Source of the DNA: Dimorphilus gyrociliatus
Taxonomy: Eukaryota; Animalia; Annelida
Assembly (NCBI GenBank): GCA_904063045.1
Contig: CAJFCJ010000005.1
Span: 2,396,088-2,460,087, forward strand
DNA: 64,000 bases
Direction: 5' to 3'
The notes below the pieces were generated by a model, which made no database searches, was not told where the DNA came from, and saw only the letters and a list, made by a program, of their open reading frames with translations. Both the position numbers and the translations under genes were made by a program. Each line of letters begins with the position of its first letter. The stretch's first letter is position 1. Shown piece after piece: positions 31,931-45,500 of this stretch.

Positions 31931-34682
31931 ATGATGTTAAATGCTTCCTTTAAACTTTTAGACTTTATATTGTTCGCAATAAGTCTACTTTTCTCACTAA
32001 GTATTGGGATATTTTACCTTTGTCGAAAAAACAATAAAAATTCTCATAATTACTTTATGGGTGGAGAAAAATTGAAATTAATACCAATTGCCTTATCCAT
32101 TTTGGCTACGAATGTTACGACTATTGAACTTTTAGGAACACCCGCCGAAATCTATAGTTATGGTACGCAATTTTCATTGCAAATACTAGCAATGATCCTT
32201 GGTAATACGTTGGCTTCATTTGTAATTGTCCCATTATTTTACCCTTTAAAGTTAACGAGTAGTTTTGAGGTGAATATATTTATCTATTTTCGTTATTATA
32301 TATCTGTCATTCATACATTTTGAACAGTATTTTTCAATGAGATATAAAGAAAACACTATTAAATATTTTGCAATCCTTCTTTATACAATTTTTTTGGTAA
32401 GATTCTTTCTCTCCCTCTATCTTCCCTACTCGTTCACTCACTCTTCTTTCATTTTAGATTGTTGTTAGCGGAGTTGGAGTTTACGCAGCGTCAACAGCAT
32501 TGCACGGTGTGTCTGGTCTATCAAATTATATAACAATACCAGTTTGTATCGGAATTGGAACCCTATACACAACTATCGTAATTAAACTTAACATTTTGTA
32601 AACGTATCTATTAGTATAAAATTTATGATTATGATTATATAATCCTAGGGTGGAGTGAGAGCTGTAATATGGACAGATGTTTTTCAATCGGTTGTTATTA
32701 TATTGAGTTTACTATACGTTTTAACTAAGGTATACAAAATGAAAAAACTACTTATTATAGTTATTCTAATTAAATACTGTTTTACCGAACGTAAAACAGG
32801 GAATTATCAATGTTGGAGGATTGAAAAAAATATGGACAATTAACTCGGAATACAAAAGAATTGAATTTTTCAAGTTAAAAACATTTCAAATTGTTTTGTT
32901 TTTTATTATTATTTATCTAATATAGATAATATTAATTTATTAGTATAAGCTTTGATCCTACTGAAAGAACAACTTTCTGGCTAATAGTCTTTGTAATGCC
33001 AATCTTATGGTTTTGTACGGGTGCGTTGCAGTTAAACATTCAACGATTTTCCATGTTGAAAACGATTAAAGAAGCTAGAATGTAAGATAATAATTATATT
33101 GTTTAACTATTAAAGAATATGTTTTGTTTATTATAAAGGTCTCTTCTCATTCCTATTCCTTTTTATGCATTTATTCACCTGGCAGCAAGTTTATGCGGTT
33201 TTTGCGCTTTCGCCTATTATGCTTCGAGAGGTTGCGATCCTTTAAAATCTCATCAGATATCGAATCCAAATCAAGTAAGGAAGAGAAAATATTATTAAAT
33301 AATCCTAGTTATTCATTTTAAAATTGATAATCTAATAGATATTACCATTATTTATAATGGAGATAATGAGCTCATCAGGAATACCTGGTCTCTTTATAGC
33401 ATGTCTCTTCAGTGCATCGTTAAGGTAATGGAAGTATTTTTTAAAATTAATTGAAATATTCTTAAAATATATCAACATCATTAAAGTACTTTATCGTCAT
33501 CGTTAAATTCCTTAACTGCTGTATTTTGGGAAAGTATTATAGTTCCAAATTTTCCTAGTATAAACAAGACAATCTACTGTAAACTTAATAAATTAATTGG
33601 TTTGTTTTTAAAAGCAAAAATTAGGGAATTTATTCAATTTGCTTTTTAATCATAAACATCAAATAATAGGTGTAGTGTTGGGTATCTTAATGTTAACGGT
33701 TTCAATTAGCATTCAACACGTTAAAGCTACATTATTCGAAGTAATTATTAAAATATTCATTAAGTATAAAAGAGTTTATTTGATGGTCTTATATTTATAT
33801 ATCTTTCAGCTGGCGTATAGTTTTATTGGTTCTGTTGTAGGCCCATTGGGCGCTTGTACTCTTTTATCGGCAACATTTCCCTGGATCTCAGGCTTTGTAA
33901 TTAAATTTTAAATGATAAATATATATATATAATAGCTTTCGATTTTCATTTTCTTCTTCTTTTCAACAGTCAATACTCATTAGTTGCATAGCATCGTTTA
34001 TCAGTATAATTTGGTTGAATATGGGTTCAATATACTATAAATTTTCGCCCAGTTTAAAACTTTCACCAGTGTTTAACTGTTCATCTATTGAAATTATTGA
34101 AAATTGTTTAAATATATCTAATATATATAGAACTGTACTTAATGAAACAATCTATTCGAATGAAATATTTATTAAAAATCAACGTATAACAAGATTGAAT
34201 ATGTCTTTGAATGACTGTAATAGTTTTTTAACCGAACTACCAAAAAGTCTCCATCGAAAGCCGTAAGTTTTTAATACTTTATATTAAAATGAATGTATGA
34301 TATATGTATATGTAATTCTATAAAACTACCTTAACTTTATTAGAGAAGGATTGCAAAGTTTATATGCTATTTCTTATCTTTATTATCCGGCTATCGGTAT
34401 GATTTTAAGTTTCTTATTGAGTAATATGCTTAGTCTATTTCCATGTAAGTAAAATTTTACTTTATAAGCTTTTTCTTTTCATTTTCAATTGAACAACGAT
34501 GTACAGGTCTCCGATGTCGGCATTACGTTGAAGATCGTTTTCTTTTTGAACACGCACGCATTGTTAGGAGGTATTTGAATAGATGTCTACATGGGTCAGA
34601 ATATGTTTTTGAATCAAGAGAAGAGGATGACAACAGCAATGAAATCCAACTTCGAAAAATAGAAACTTCCTTAGATATTTAG
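31931..34682 (+). CDS. Sodium:solute symporter (SLC5, SMCT/SMVT-like), multi-exon
   Basis: NYFMGG..IPIALSILAT..LLGTPAEIYSYGTQF, GGVRAVIWTDVFQ, SGIPGLFIACLFSASL and LYAISYLYY. Many short GT-AG introns; stop TAG at 34680-34682. Not every junction was checked. Confidence 0.88.
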
Positions 34683-35224
34683 TTCGTTCAAAGTTCATTT
34701 GCATAAAATATAAACAATTATATTTATGTACAAAATAATATTTTTGTTGTATGTAGAGGTGGTGACATGAGTGTTTGAATGCATAAACGTGAATACGTCC
34801 ACATTCTCTGCACTGCGCCGTAACCTATAATCACCGATGAAATGAGTTTGCTTCTTCTGCTCTTACTAGACTAAATATATATATATATGTCAGAGATAAC
34901 ATTTTGTACTATGACGGTGTGAATGCTTGAATGTGAACATCATCCGTTATTCATGTTATTCCACCATTCTCAGTCACGAACCTTAATCGCCGATTGCGTG
35001 ATTGTTTATGTATGTATATGCATATGTTGTTAGTGGGTCAAACTGGTTTGGTGAGCGTTAATAAGTGTTGAGCAGTGCCTGATAGTCACCTATAAAAGAA
35101 TGATAGGGAACTCTTATGAGGCCGTAAGCTCAAAACGAAACAACCAAAAACAAACTAAGGACATCTCTATATCAGAAAATCAGCAACGTTTTATACAATA
35201 TTTTTTCAATAAAATACAAGAAAT

Positions 35225-35619
35225 ATGTTGAATTCTGAAACAGAAGAAGTAGCAAAATTAATCGACTCAGAAAATGTGGAAACAGGTGAAGTCGTCTTTA
35301 TCAGACAAAAAAAAGTAAAATCATACTGGGTATGTAAACAAGAGAAAACTAGACTATTTATTCAAGTTCAATACATTTTAAATAATCAAATTTACAGCCC
35401 TTTGCAGTCTTTACAATACTTTGCTGTAATCCCCTGTGTGGCCTTGTTGCATTTCAAAAAAGTATTATTTCAAAAGCTTACCAAATAAATGGAAATATGG
35501 AAAAAGCCGCAGAGTATTCAAAATGTTCTTTTATTTGCAGTTGTCTTGGTCTTGTGGTGGGAATTATAACTTTACTTGCGTGTCTCGTGTTATGTTTGTT
35601 TATCATGCAAATACTGTAA
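35225..35619 (+). CDS. CD225/dispanin (IFITM/PRRT-like) protein 1, 2 exons
   Basis: Exons 35225-35329 and 35398-35619 splice to ...VKSYW|PFAVFTILCCNPLCGLVAFQKSIISKAYQINGNMEKAAEYSKCSFICSCLGLVVGII..., the CD225 pattern. The ORF track splits it into two wrong frames. Confidence 0.85.
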
Positions 35620-36555
35620 GGTTATCTCACCGTATATAAATTTTAAAAGAAGATAAAACGTGCAATTAAAAATTTTTAACACTTGCTATTTGTTTACTTA
35701 ATACAACGAACAAAACAATTCTTATCAGCTATGTTATGGGTTAGTATGAATGTGTGTGTGAGAGAAGGAACGAATGTGTAAGGTGCGAGTGTGTGTCATA
35801 TGGTGAGGGTAGGCGATTTAGGCTCATATCAATGTATGTCAGCTTGACCTGATATCACAGCCTATGAACGGAATGAGGCGATGTCAAGTGAGACAACACG
35901 AACGTGGCTTCACAGTAATGAGTAGAATCAAATAACCATTTAGAGACATAAACAGGCACAAAGATCTATAAAAAGAACAAAATACAGCAAAATGAGTGAG
36001 TGACAAACACTGAAAGCCAAAATAAAATTGAAACGAAATTGCTAACGTATAAACAAAAAACAACATATTCCTGAGTTCGTGATTAGAGTAGAGAATTTAT
36101 CTTGTTAATACAATATCTACTGATTGTAAAGTTGTCTTTCTTATTTGTCCTAAGATTCATAAACATCATTGATATTCAAAACAAACTGAATAAAGCTAAC
36201 AGCGTTAATCGTTTAAGCTTACAGTATTGTGATTAATCGAATTTATATTTATTAATTTAGGGAACATAACTAAAAGATATAAAGAGTTTGGTTGTTGTAA
36301 TTACCAATCACTATTGGTAGAAAAAACTCTTTTTTTTATGGGAATTCAATACTTGATGAATGGTCATGTCATTCTTTTTTATTAGTATATGCATGTATAT
36401 TGATAAACATCATGTAAACAAACTGAAAAAGGATAATCTACAAATGTGCTCCACTTAATTGACAATAGACTTTAAAACGTCTAAATATTAATAGAAATAC
36501 TACCACTACTAACTAATATTTTGTTTAAATGATAAGAACTTTTAACACTCTATCT

Positions 36556-36557
<2 letters not shown>

Positions 36558-36599
<42 letters not shown>

Positions 36600-36603
36600 A
36601 TAT
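36558..36603. repeat. (TA)n microsatellite
   Basis: Direct TA run. Confidence 0.85.
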
Positions 36604-36807
36604 ATCATTAAACCACCGTAGATATAGTGCTATGTGACCAGACATCTGTTATTATTTAGTTATAGATTATTCTCATGTTTGGTACGATATTTGCTTTAAA
36701 GAGAGAATATTTAATAATCCAAAAGCAATCTACTCTACGCTTTCGGACTGTTGAAGAAACTAACTAGAAAAGAATACTTGAAAACTAACATTATTTCAAT
36801 TTTAAAA

Positions 36808-37254
36808 ATGGAAGATAATCATCTCTTAAATAAAAAAACAGAGAAATGCGAAGATAACGCGTGTGAAATTGAAATAGAACCATCCAAATCGGCTGATGGG
36901 TTTTGGGTATGTTTGTTCATTTTCCTGTTTTTATTTACTTTATTAACTCTTTTTTTTATCAATTTTCTCACTTAGAAACTATCAATCTTTACATATATGT
37001 TTTGCCTTTTGGGTAACCTTTGCGGTTTGGTAGGGTTGGTTAAAAGTATTTTCTCAAGAATTCATTTAGCAAATGGAAATTTGAAAAAAGCGCGAGAAAC
37101 TACAAAATCATCATTAAAATGGAATATATTTGGTATAGTTATTGGAACAATAACAATTGGACTGCTTGTTACCATAACTACATTTCAAACTTTTGAAACA
37201 TTGAAAATATTAAAGAAAATTTTCAACAATTGCAAACAAGAAGTTTACAAATGA
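36808..37254 (+). CDS. CD225/dispanin protein 2, 2 exons
   Basis: Exons 36808-36906 and 36976-37254 give ...DGFW|KLSIFTYMFCLLGNLCGLVGLVKSIFSRIHLANGNLKKARETTKSSLKWNIFGIVIG. Same phase-0 intron after Trp as paralog 1. Confidence 0.85.
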
Positions 37255-37759
37255 GGCTTATGTTATAAATGTGAAGGTGTAACAAACAAACAAAACAAAC
37301 AAAACAAACAAACTAACAAATAAATATTTTATATTGTTTCCATGTCTGTTATAAATTATACACAGTATATTTTTATTATTGTCTTTTGTAAACGAGATTT
37401 AATTGCCATTCAACGATTATGTCATAACAAACTGTCTTTTTTCAAAGTGTAGATGAATTTATTGCAACATCTTGTGAAAGAAAAATCTATAATAGTAGAA
37501 TATGAATCATACTATCATGTATACAAATAACAATATTCATAATAAAATAAGAAAACAAATATTTTCTATACAACTATCTTAGTATAATAGACAAGTAATA
37601 TTGTAATAATACTTTCCTCTACTAGAGGGTATGATAGTCTCAAATTTAATGGTTATACTTGCAAAAATTTATGCTTATTCTTGTAATATTGCATTTGCTA
37701 TATCAGCAATCTATTTCACCTGTTCGTACTAATATTAAAGTATCCTTCCTTAGACGATC

Positions 37760-39097
37760 ATGGAAGATTTTAAATATGATGGATGTCCTATTTGTTTAAT
37801 GAATTTAGAAAATATGGAATATCGTCGTCTACCTTGCCATTATACTCATATTTTTTGTACTGTCTGTCTTAATAAATTATTGAAAGATAGGTTAAAATGT
37901 GATGGTTTTGCTTGTCCTCTTTGTAAATTCCAAATGAGTTTTCCAGATCGCGGTATCGATAGTTTCAAAAAAATGGATGTTAAAAAGTCAATTAAAGGTA
38001 ATTTAATTCTAAATGTAGAAGCGGAATTAGATCGATTAAAGAAACAAGAAAAGTATGATATGAGTAGACTTGATCGATTTTTTGATAATGTGCTTCTAAT
38101 AGTACGAAATGAAAGAAAATTATTGAAAGGTGAATATACTGAAATTGTCGAAAAAAGGCGTTCCCAGTTGGGAAATATCTTGAATGATTTATCATCACTT
38201 CCTAATAACGATGAGAAAAAACTAAAAGAAACAATTGAACATTTAGACGAGATATCTCAGCAGAATGTTACAATTGATTTGGATACATCAAGATGCGAAG
38301 GTTGGAGAATTCTCTATTCCGAATATGAAAAACCCGATAGTTCTTACCAGAAGAAAGTTGACCATCTTCAACATTTTTTTGGAGCTAAGAACTTCTTCTA
38401 CGCTCTAACCCAAAAAGGAATAATAGAATTTAACAAAGATAGCCATAATACAAGTTATATTGATATCAACTTTAATTGTTTTGAACTATCTACTGATAAA
38501 GAAATGTTTGGCCTATCGAAACTTCCAAGAAATGATTATTCTGTGTTTAAATTTCATGGAATTAGTAAAGTGTTTATGAAATTATTAACAAAGAAAACAT
38601 GGAAAATCTCTAATCCATATCATACTTTATGTTATATTCTAGGATTTGACCTTATTCTCTTTGATACTATAACAAATGAGATTATTTTTAAAAAGGATTT
38701 CTTTTCATCAAATATTTATAGTTATAGGGAAAAAAAAGATGGAATGTTTTATTTGCTAAGATCGGATCTTGACCTCTCTTTTTGTAAGATAGTCGATATG
38801 TTAAAAATATCTTGTTTTCGAGGAGAAAAAGTCGCAGTAACAATAATAGATAAAAAAATCTCATTAAGAAATGATATAATCAAAGAGATGGTTAACGGAA
38901 AACTATTTCTGAGAAATAAAGATTACGTTTTCCTATTAAACTCCGAAAATCAAACAGCCAAGGCCTACCCGCACAAAAATATTTTCAAGGATGGTTCAAT
39001 ATGGCATTACGTTCAAACTGAAAGTCAAATCTCGTTTAGTATTCTAAAGAATTTCGAATCATTTTCAGAAATTTCGGTGAAATGTTATAATTTGTAA
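37760..39097 (+). CDS. RING-CC-propeller (B-box-less TRIM-like) E3 ligase
   Basis: C3HC4-type RING CPIC..LPCHYTHIFCTVC..CPLC, linker PDRGIDSF, coiled coil and the family C-terminus. Confidence 0.88.
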   Translation: MEDFKYDGCPICLMNLENMEYRRLPCHYTHIFCTVCLNKLLKDRLKCDGFACPLCKFQMSFPDRGIDSFKKMDVKKSIKGNLILNVEAELDRLKKQEKYDMSRLDRFFDNVLLIVRNERKLLKGEYTEIVEKRRSQLGNILNDLSSLPNNDEKKLKETIEHLDEISQQNVTIDLDTSRCEGWRILYSEYEKPDSSYQKKVDHLQHFFGAKNFFYALTQKGIIEFNKDSHNTSYIDINFNCFELSTDKEMFGLSKLPRNDYSVFKFHGISKVFMKLLTKKTWKISNPYHTLCYILGFDLILFDTITNEIIFKKDFFSSNIYSYREKKDGMFYLLRSDLDLSFCKIVDMLKISCFRGEKVAVTIIDKKISLRNDIIKEMVNGKLFLRNKDYVFLLNSENQTAKAYPHKNIFKDGSIWHYVQTESQISFSILKNFESFSEISVKCYNL

Positions 39098-39572
39098 TAA
39101 TGACGTCATTAGAGTAAGAAATTTTTAATAAAAGTTCAGTTTTAATGAATAAACAATAGATTTTTTTTATCAATCTATTTGTCCTATATATCTTCATTTT
39201 TAAAACAGTCAATGTCTCTGTGAAAGGAACATACATAGCATACTTTATTTATATGAGATTACTAGGGAATTACATCAGATCATTGACTACAAAACGTTTA
39301 CAAGCAATCATAAATACCTAGACAAGTGAGTAGTATCATAAAAAGATAGTCGAATGGTTAAAGAGCAGTATATGAATATGCAATATGCTGTCTGTATATA
39401 ACCAAGAAGCCTTAGAAGTAAAGATATAACTCCCTGCGGTAAAAACGAGAAAAAATTGGAATACAATCTCTACCAATTCAAATTGTTGTCGTTGATAGTA
39501 AAACAACTATAAAGCTTCGACGCTGTTCAATGCAAAGCCAATTTGGAGAGAGCGTCAACCTAAGTAACAAAC

Positions 39573-42500
39573 ATGGCAACTAATCCACTTCTTAAACATC
39601 ACGAAAAGATTATTGTTCAACTTTTGCAGAACGACGACTCATTTCTCCTAACGTTGAGATCCTGTCACTTTCTAGTCGAGAATGAAGTAAATGATATGAA
39701 AGAGGATTTTAAATCTCATTTGGATAAGATTCTTACTTTAACAATAGGCGAATTTTTCAAAGCTTTAAGTTCAACTAATAAGGAGACATGGCGCCGATTG
39801 CGAAAAACAATTGCACAAACTTGGCAACACATTGTCAAAAAAACTAAAGAAAATGTCTATAATGAATTTTCAATTATAAGAAAATTTTCATTTTCCACAG
39901 AAACAAGATATTTAATTAATTTTCAAGAGATTTCAATGCCAATTAGAATTAAACCGTTGAGAACTTTAAATGCAGATCTATCGAGAGAGCTCTGCTCTAA
40001 TAATATCAAATTTCTTAAATGTATTAACAATGATGATAGGATTTTAATTACAGGAAGTCCGGGAATTGGTAAAACGAGTCACTTTATAAGTATCCTTAAT
40101 TCATGGGCTAAGGATAAAGAATTAATTGATTTTTTAATCCTCAAGATAAAGCTAACTGATTTCAAAATGGAACCAAATTTAGTTGAATTCTTATATGAGA
40201 AGAATATAAAAAATTCGTCCTACGTCACTCTTAATCTCTTTAAATATTATTTATCAAAAGAATGTGAGGATCAAGATAGAAGAATTGTTCTTCTAGTCGA
40301 TGCAGAAGACGAATTATACAGTCGAATAGAAATGTTTATATTAAAAATTAAAGAATGCAATATATGCAATTTTCCCATTATCGTCTGGTCGAGAAAATGT
40401 TACGAAGGTTTATTTGATAGTAGCTTTGAGATTCTTGGTTATAGCGATGAGAATATTGTTGAATTCTTCAAGAAATTCTTCCTAGAAGATACTCCTTGTC
40501 TTGACGAAGATAAGAAACATTTAAAACTGTTGAAATTTTTAAAAGATAATGGAGAGGATTTACTAAAATCGTGTTTTAATCCATTAATTGCAACTATAGT
40601 TGCATATATTTGGCAGAAGAAGCATAATACTATAATGGATAATAAATTTCAAATTTACGAAGAAGCTGCTCATATCCTACTAAATATGAATACGAAGACA
40701 AAAGAGTCAATTTACTTGAATGAAAAGATGAATACATGCGCTGAAAAAGCTTTTCTTAATATTTTCTTTAATAAAGATATTAATATGGCTGGGCATAAAT
40801 TGACAAATTTTGGAAATTTACTTATATCTCCAGTTCATCAACAAGAAGATAGAGATGGAGAACAATTTCATTTTCTCAATGATACGTTTAAAGAATATTT
40901 CGCAGCTAAATTTATTGTTAAATCGTTACAAAATAATCTATTAAGCCTAGTTTCGGAGGTAACAAATGAAAAGAATGATACTAAATTGATACAGGTTATC
41001 TGTAATCCCGATAAAGTTGGTAATCGAAGAGCGATATTCGATTTCATAAAGAATATGAACGAAAATATATTTTCGATATTAGTAAAACATAATATCGATA
41101 TTCTTACCATTTCTGAAACGGTTACAACCGATATAATCAATCTTTTTAGTCGTGAAAAGCAGACTGAAAGAGTGAAATTAATTGGTGGATCATTAACAAA
41201 ACTTCTATGGTCAATTATTATTAATAGCTACTCAACTGAGATAACTAGTATCACTCTTATCGATGTAGAAATTAATTTTCAAGAATTTATACATAGTTGT
41301 AGTGAAAATTTGAAGGAAACATTACAAAGTTTAACTGTTCATTCCAATATTCAAATTACTGTATCCGGAATATTTTTATGTAAAATAATAAGAAGTTTAC
41401 GTAAACTAACTAAATTACATTTTTCAAATATTACATTTATGAAATTGAAGAGACGAGACTATTCTATTAATTCAATTACTCTAGAAGATCTTCAACTAAA
41501 GAATTGTTTCTCTTCAGGCGATATGCCCTATTTCCATCATTGCCAATTTTTAATACACCTTGATATTTCCCATAATGAATTGAAAGGTAAGAATATAAAA
41601 TTGAACTTTATTGATAATAGATTAGATATACAACTAATTTTTATTATTATTATTATTAAAAGACAACGATTGGGAATTATTATTTAGGTTTTTAGAAAGT
41701 TGCGAAGAGTTGAAATCTCTGGATTTATCTTATTGCTGTCTTCCTTCAAAACTACATTCACAATTGAAAGAATCCATATCCACTCATAAGTATTTAGAAT
41801 ATATTAATCTATCTGGTAATTTATTGAATGAAGATGATAATAATGAATTTTTAAATGCATTCAAAAGTAGGAAATTAAAAACAATAGCATTGAATAATTG
41901 TAAACTAAATCTTCATTCGAACGTCGTTAAAGAAGTCCTTTTAACGAATACAAATTTAAGTGTTTTAGAATTGTCTGGAAATAATTTGATAGAAGTTGAA
42001 GAACTCTTATTCTTGAATGCAATTCTTGAAATTAAAAAATTAAAAAAAGTCAAACTACCATCATTACCTTTGGATAATTTACAGTTTAATCCTAAGAAAT
42101 GTCAAGTAGAAAAGAGTCACTCAAAACTGGAATTATTGGATTTTAGTGAAAATAATTTACAAGATAAGATACTTTATTCAATATTTAAGAATATATTATC
42201 ATTTCAACATCAACTTCATACGTTAATGATTGATCATTGCAACATTACATCTAGTAATATTGAAGAGATATCAAAATGCTTTAGCTATCTGAAAAATATC
42301 AGTAACTTTAGCGCCAGAGGCAATCATCTTGCAGATTGCAACATATCTGTACTTTTACAATTTAAATTGGCAAATGATAGAGAAAGTAATATAGATTTGA
42401 ATCTTTCATCTTGTAACTTAAATCAAGCATCATTAGAATCAATTTCAAGGTTAAAGTATTCAAAATTAGATTTATCTTTTAACGATTTTCATGAATTCCT

Positions 42501-45500
42501 CTCCTGGAAGGAATTCTCATTAATATCATTCACTTATTTAAAAGTGTTAAAATTGAAAAAATGTAATCTTGAATCGAATTTCTTAGAAAGATTTATGGAT
42601 AGTTTTGAAGAAGGATCAACAATAGAATATATTGATATATCAAAAAATTCATTAACAAATGGAATTATGTTAAAATTTTTCCAGAATAAGAAAGTCATAA
42701 ATAGTCGTTTAAAGACTATAATCATTTACGGTGGTAATTTAAATGGAAAGATATTTCTTGATTTAATTATTCAAGTTGATAAACTTTCAAAGTTAAATGT
42801 ATTTAACTCTCCTAATACTTATAGAAAGAAGAAATATCCACTCGATCAGATAGATGTTGATGAGTTAATTAACTTGAAAATATTTAACAAAACAATCATT
42901 AAATACTTTCTAAATGAATTTAAAGAAGTTGTAAATTATAAAAGACTTCGTTTAAAGTTTTGTTCAACCATTCAACATCTTAAAATACTGAGTAGTAGTA
43001 GAATAGAAATAAAGCATTTTGATTTGGATGATTCCCTAACGGAAGAAGCTTATGAATATTTATTACAAATTATAAGGAATCAATATAACATTGAGACAAT
43101 TTCATTTAAACAAACATTTAATCAAATACATAGCGAGAATATTGTGAAATTACTTGTAATTTTCTCTAATAATATTCAATATTTTCACTCAGAAAAGATG
43201 CTTCAAGTCTCACTTTTGATGGAATATTTACCAAAGTTTAAAAATTTAAAATATCTTAAAGTTAATGGCATGAATCTATCAAATCAGAATAAAGTGTTTC
43301 TTCAACATTTCAATAGGAATATTAGAAATTTAAAAGTATTACATTTAGAAAAGTTATTTATCAATTCCGAATGTTCACTCCTCTTGGGCAATTCGTTAAA
43401 ACAGCAAACACATCTAACGGAATTAAGTCTCTCTAATTCTAATCTAGAGAATCTTCTTGGCAAAAATATCTTTCAAATTGAAGATGTTCGATGTTGTTCT
43501 ATAATAAAGCTTGATCTATCTCATTGTAGATTTTGCCCTAGAATGTCAAGGAATCTTGGAATTTTTATAGGATTACAAAGAGGTCTAATTCTTCTAAATT
43601 TATCATTTACAAATTTAATGGGAAGAATTGGAGAAATTTTATTCTCGAATATATCAAGCTCTTGTAATTTTCTTGAAGAATTTGATCTATCATATTGCGA
43701 TGTAAGTCTGTGCGGAATTGAACATGTAGGAAGATTTATTGGAAATCAAAAAAGATTGGAAATATTAAAACTGGTAAGGTTTAATTTAGCTGGAAATTTT
43801 GGAGAGACTTTTTTTGGTAGTATTAATGAATCTACATGCCATATTACACAATTAACGCTTGATTGGTGTACTCTAAGTTCAGAAAGCGCAAAAAGTTTAG
43901 GGAAATTCATTAGTTATCATAATAATCTATTCCAATTAAGTTTAAAAGGTATAGAATTGCAAACAGAAATTATAGAAAATCTTTTTGAAAGTATGTCAAC
44001 ACATTACTGCTCCATACGTCAATTAGAGTTGGTTGAAGCGCAATTCAACGAAAAGTCGGCATGTTTTCTACGAAACTATATTGAAAAAAATCAAACTGAA
44101 ATGAAAGCTCTCAACTTTAGAGGTATAGATCTAAGACATTCTATTGGTTTAGAAATGTTTAACGTTAGCGTCTGTTCATTATCAATTCTCTGTCAATTGG
44201 ATATTATTTCCTGTAAATTGTCTGAGGATATGTCATTATGTCTTGGAAAATTTATTAGTAATCAATTGAAGTTGAAAATTCTAAATATTCAATCATCTTC
44301 CTTAGATGGAAAGATTGGAGAAAACCTTTTCAAAACCCTATCGGATTCTTGCTATTCTTTAGAAAAATTCAGTCTATTTAACACGAATCTAAGCGAACAA
44401 GCAGTATCCCTTTTAGGAATGACCATCTCCAATCAAACTCAATTAAAATCTCTATGCCTTCGACAAACAAACTTTGCAGGCAGAATAGGAAAAAGCCTAC
44501 TTCTTTGTAATAGTTATGTTAGGTCAACAGTACAACAATTTAAACTTTCTCTAACCGAATTCAGTGCAATCATAGACACTGAACTGGGAGAATCTGCTAG
44601 CGATCAGTCAAATTTCAAGGAAATAGTTTGTAAAGATATTAACTTCGATGAAGATATAAAAGAGAACATTCTGCAAAAGTTGAATACCACTTGTGTTTCA
44701 GTTGAAATAATTAATATTTCATCTACAGAAATGAATGTTAATACTTCGGAAATACTTATTATATTCATCTGCAATCAAATGAACTTACAGAATCTTACTC
44801 TTTGCAATATTATTATAAAGAATAATGGTATTATTGAAGATAAATTATCAGAAGATATTAATTTTCCTTCCTCTTTACATGAAGTTCAATTCCAAAAGTG
44901 TGATTTGTGCATTGTAAAAAGTAAAATTATGGGAAGATTTCTCAGTTTTCAAATGCATCTATTAAAAATCAATTTTAGTAATATGAAATTAGAAGGAAAT
45001 GTAGGAGAGAATATCTTTAAAGGACTCTCGAATAATTGTTCATCGATTGAAGACCTAAACTTGACCAATGTTCAATTATGTCAGCGGTCAGCTTCTTATC
45101 TTGGAAATTTAATAAATAGACAAACTAATTTAAAAATACTATGCTTAAAAAATATAAATTTAGAGGGATTAATAGGAGTGAATCTCTTCAAGAATAGCAA
45201 TCAAAGTACCTCTCTTAAAAAGTTATGTATGTCATACTGCAAATTCGATTCTGAAATGACACGCCATCTTCAAAAATTTATTGCCAATCAACGCAAATTA
45301 ATAAGTATCGACTTAAGAAATACAAAATTAACAGACGAAAGAGGAGCAGGAGAGATATTTCATAATATTAGCGCAACATGCTCTTTAATAGAAATACTCT
45401 TAAATGGAATCTGCCTTGGTGAAATGGCTGCCAATAAACTAGGCCTATTTATAAGTTATCAGACAAATTTAAAGATATTGGAGTTAGATAAGGTAAAATT

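Noticed and set aside
34888-36005. TGTCA...TGACA bounded segment as a solo LTR
   Set aside because: No target-site duplication, no second copy in the window, and it contains an intact dispanin gene.
36000-36045. GAAA-rich stretch as an interferon-stimulated response element near the dispanins
   Set aside because: The spacing is GAAA-N-GAAA rather than GAAA-NN-GAAA, and such A-rich words are frequent by chance here.
41587-41710. Apparent frameshift or two separate genes between the NACHT and LRR ORFs
   Set aside because: A 109-nt GT-AG intron (41587-41695) joins them in frame. The nearer AG at 41687 gives the wrong phase.
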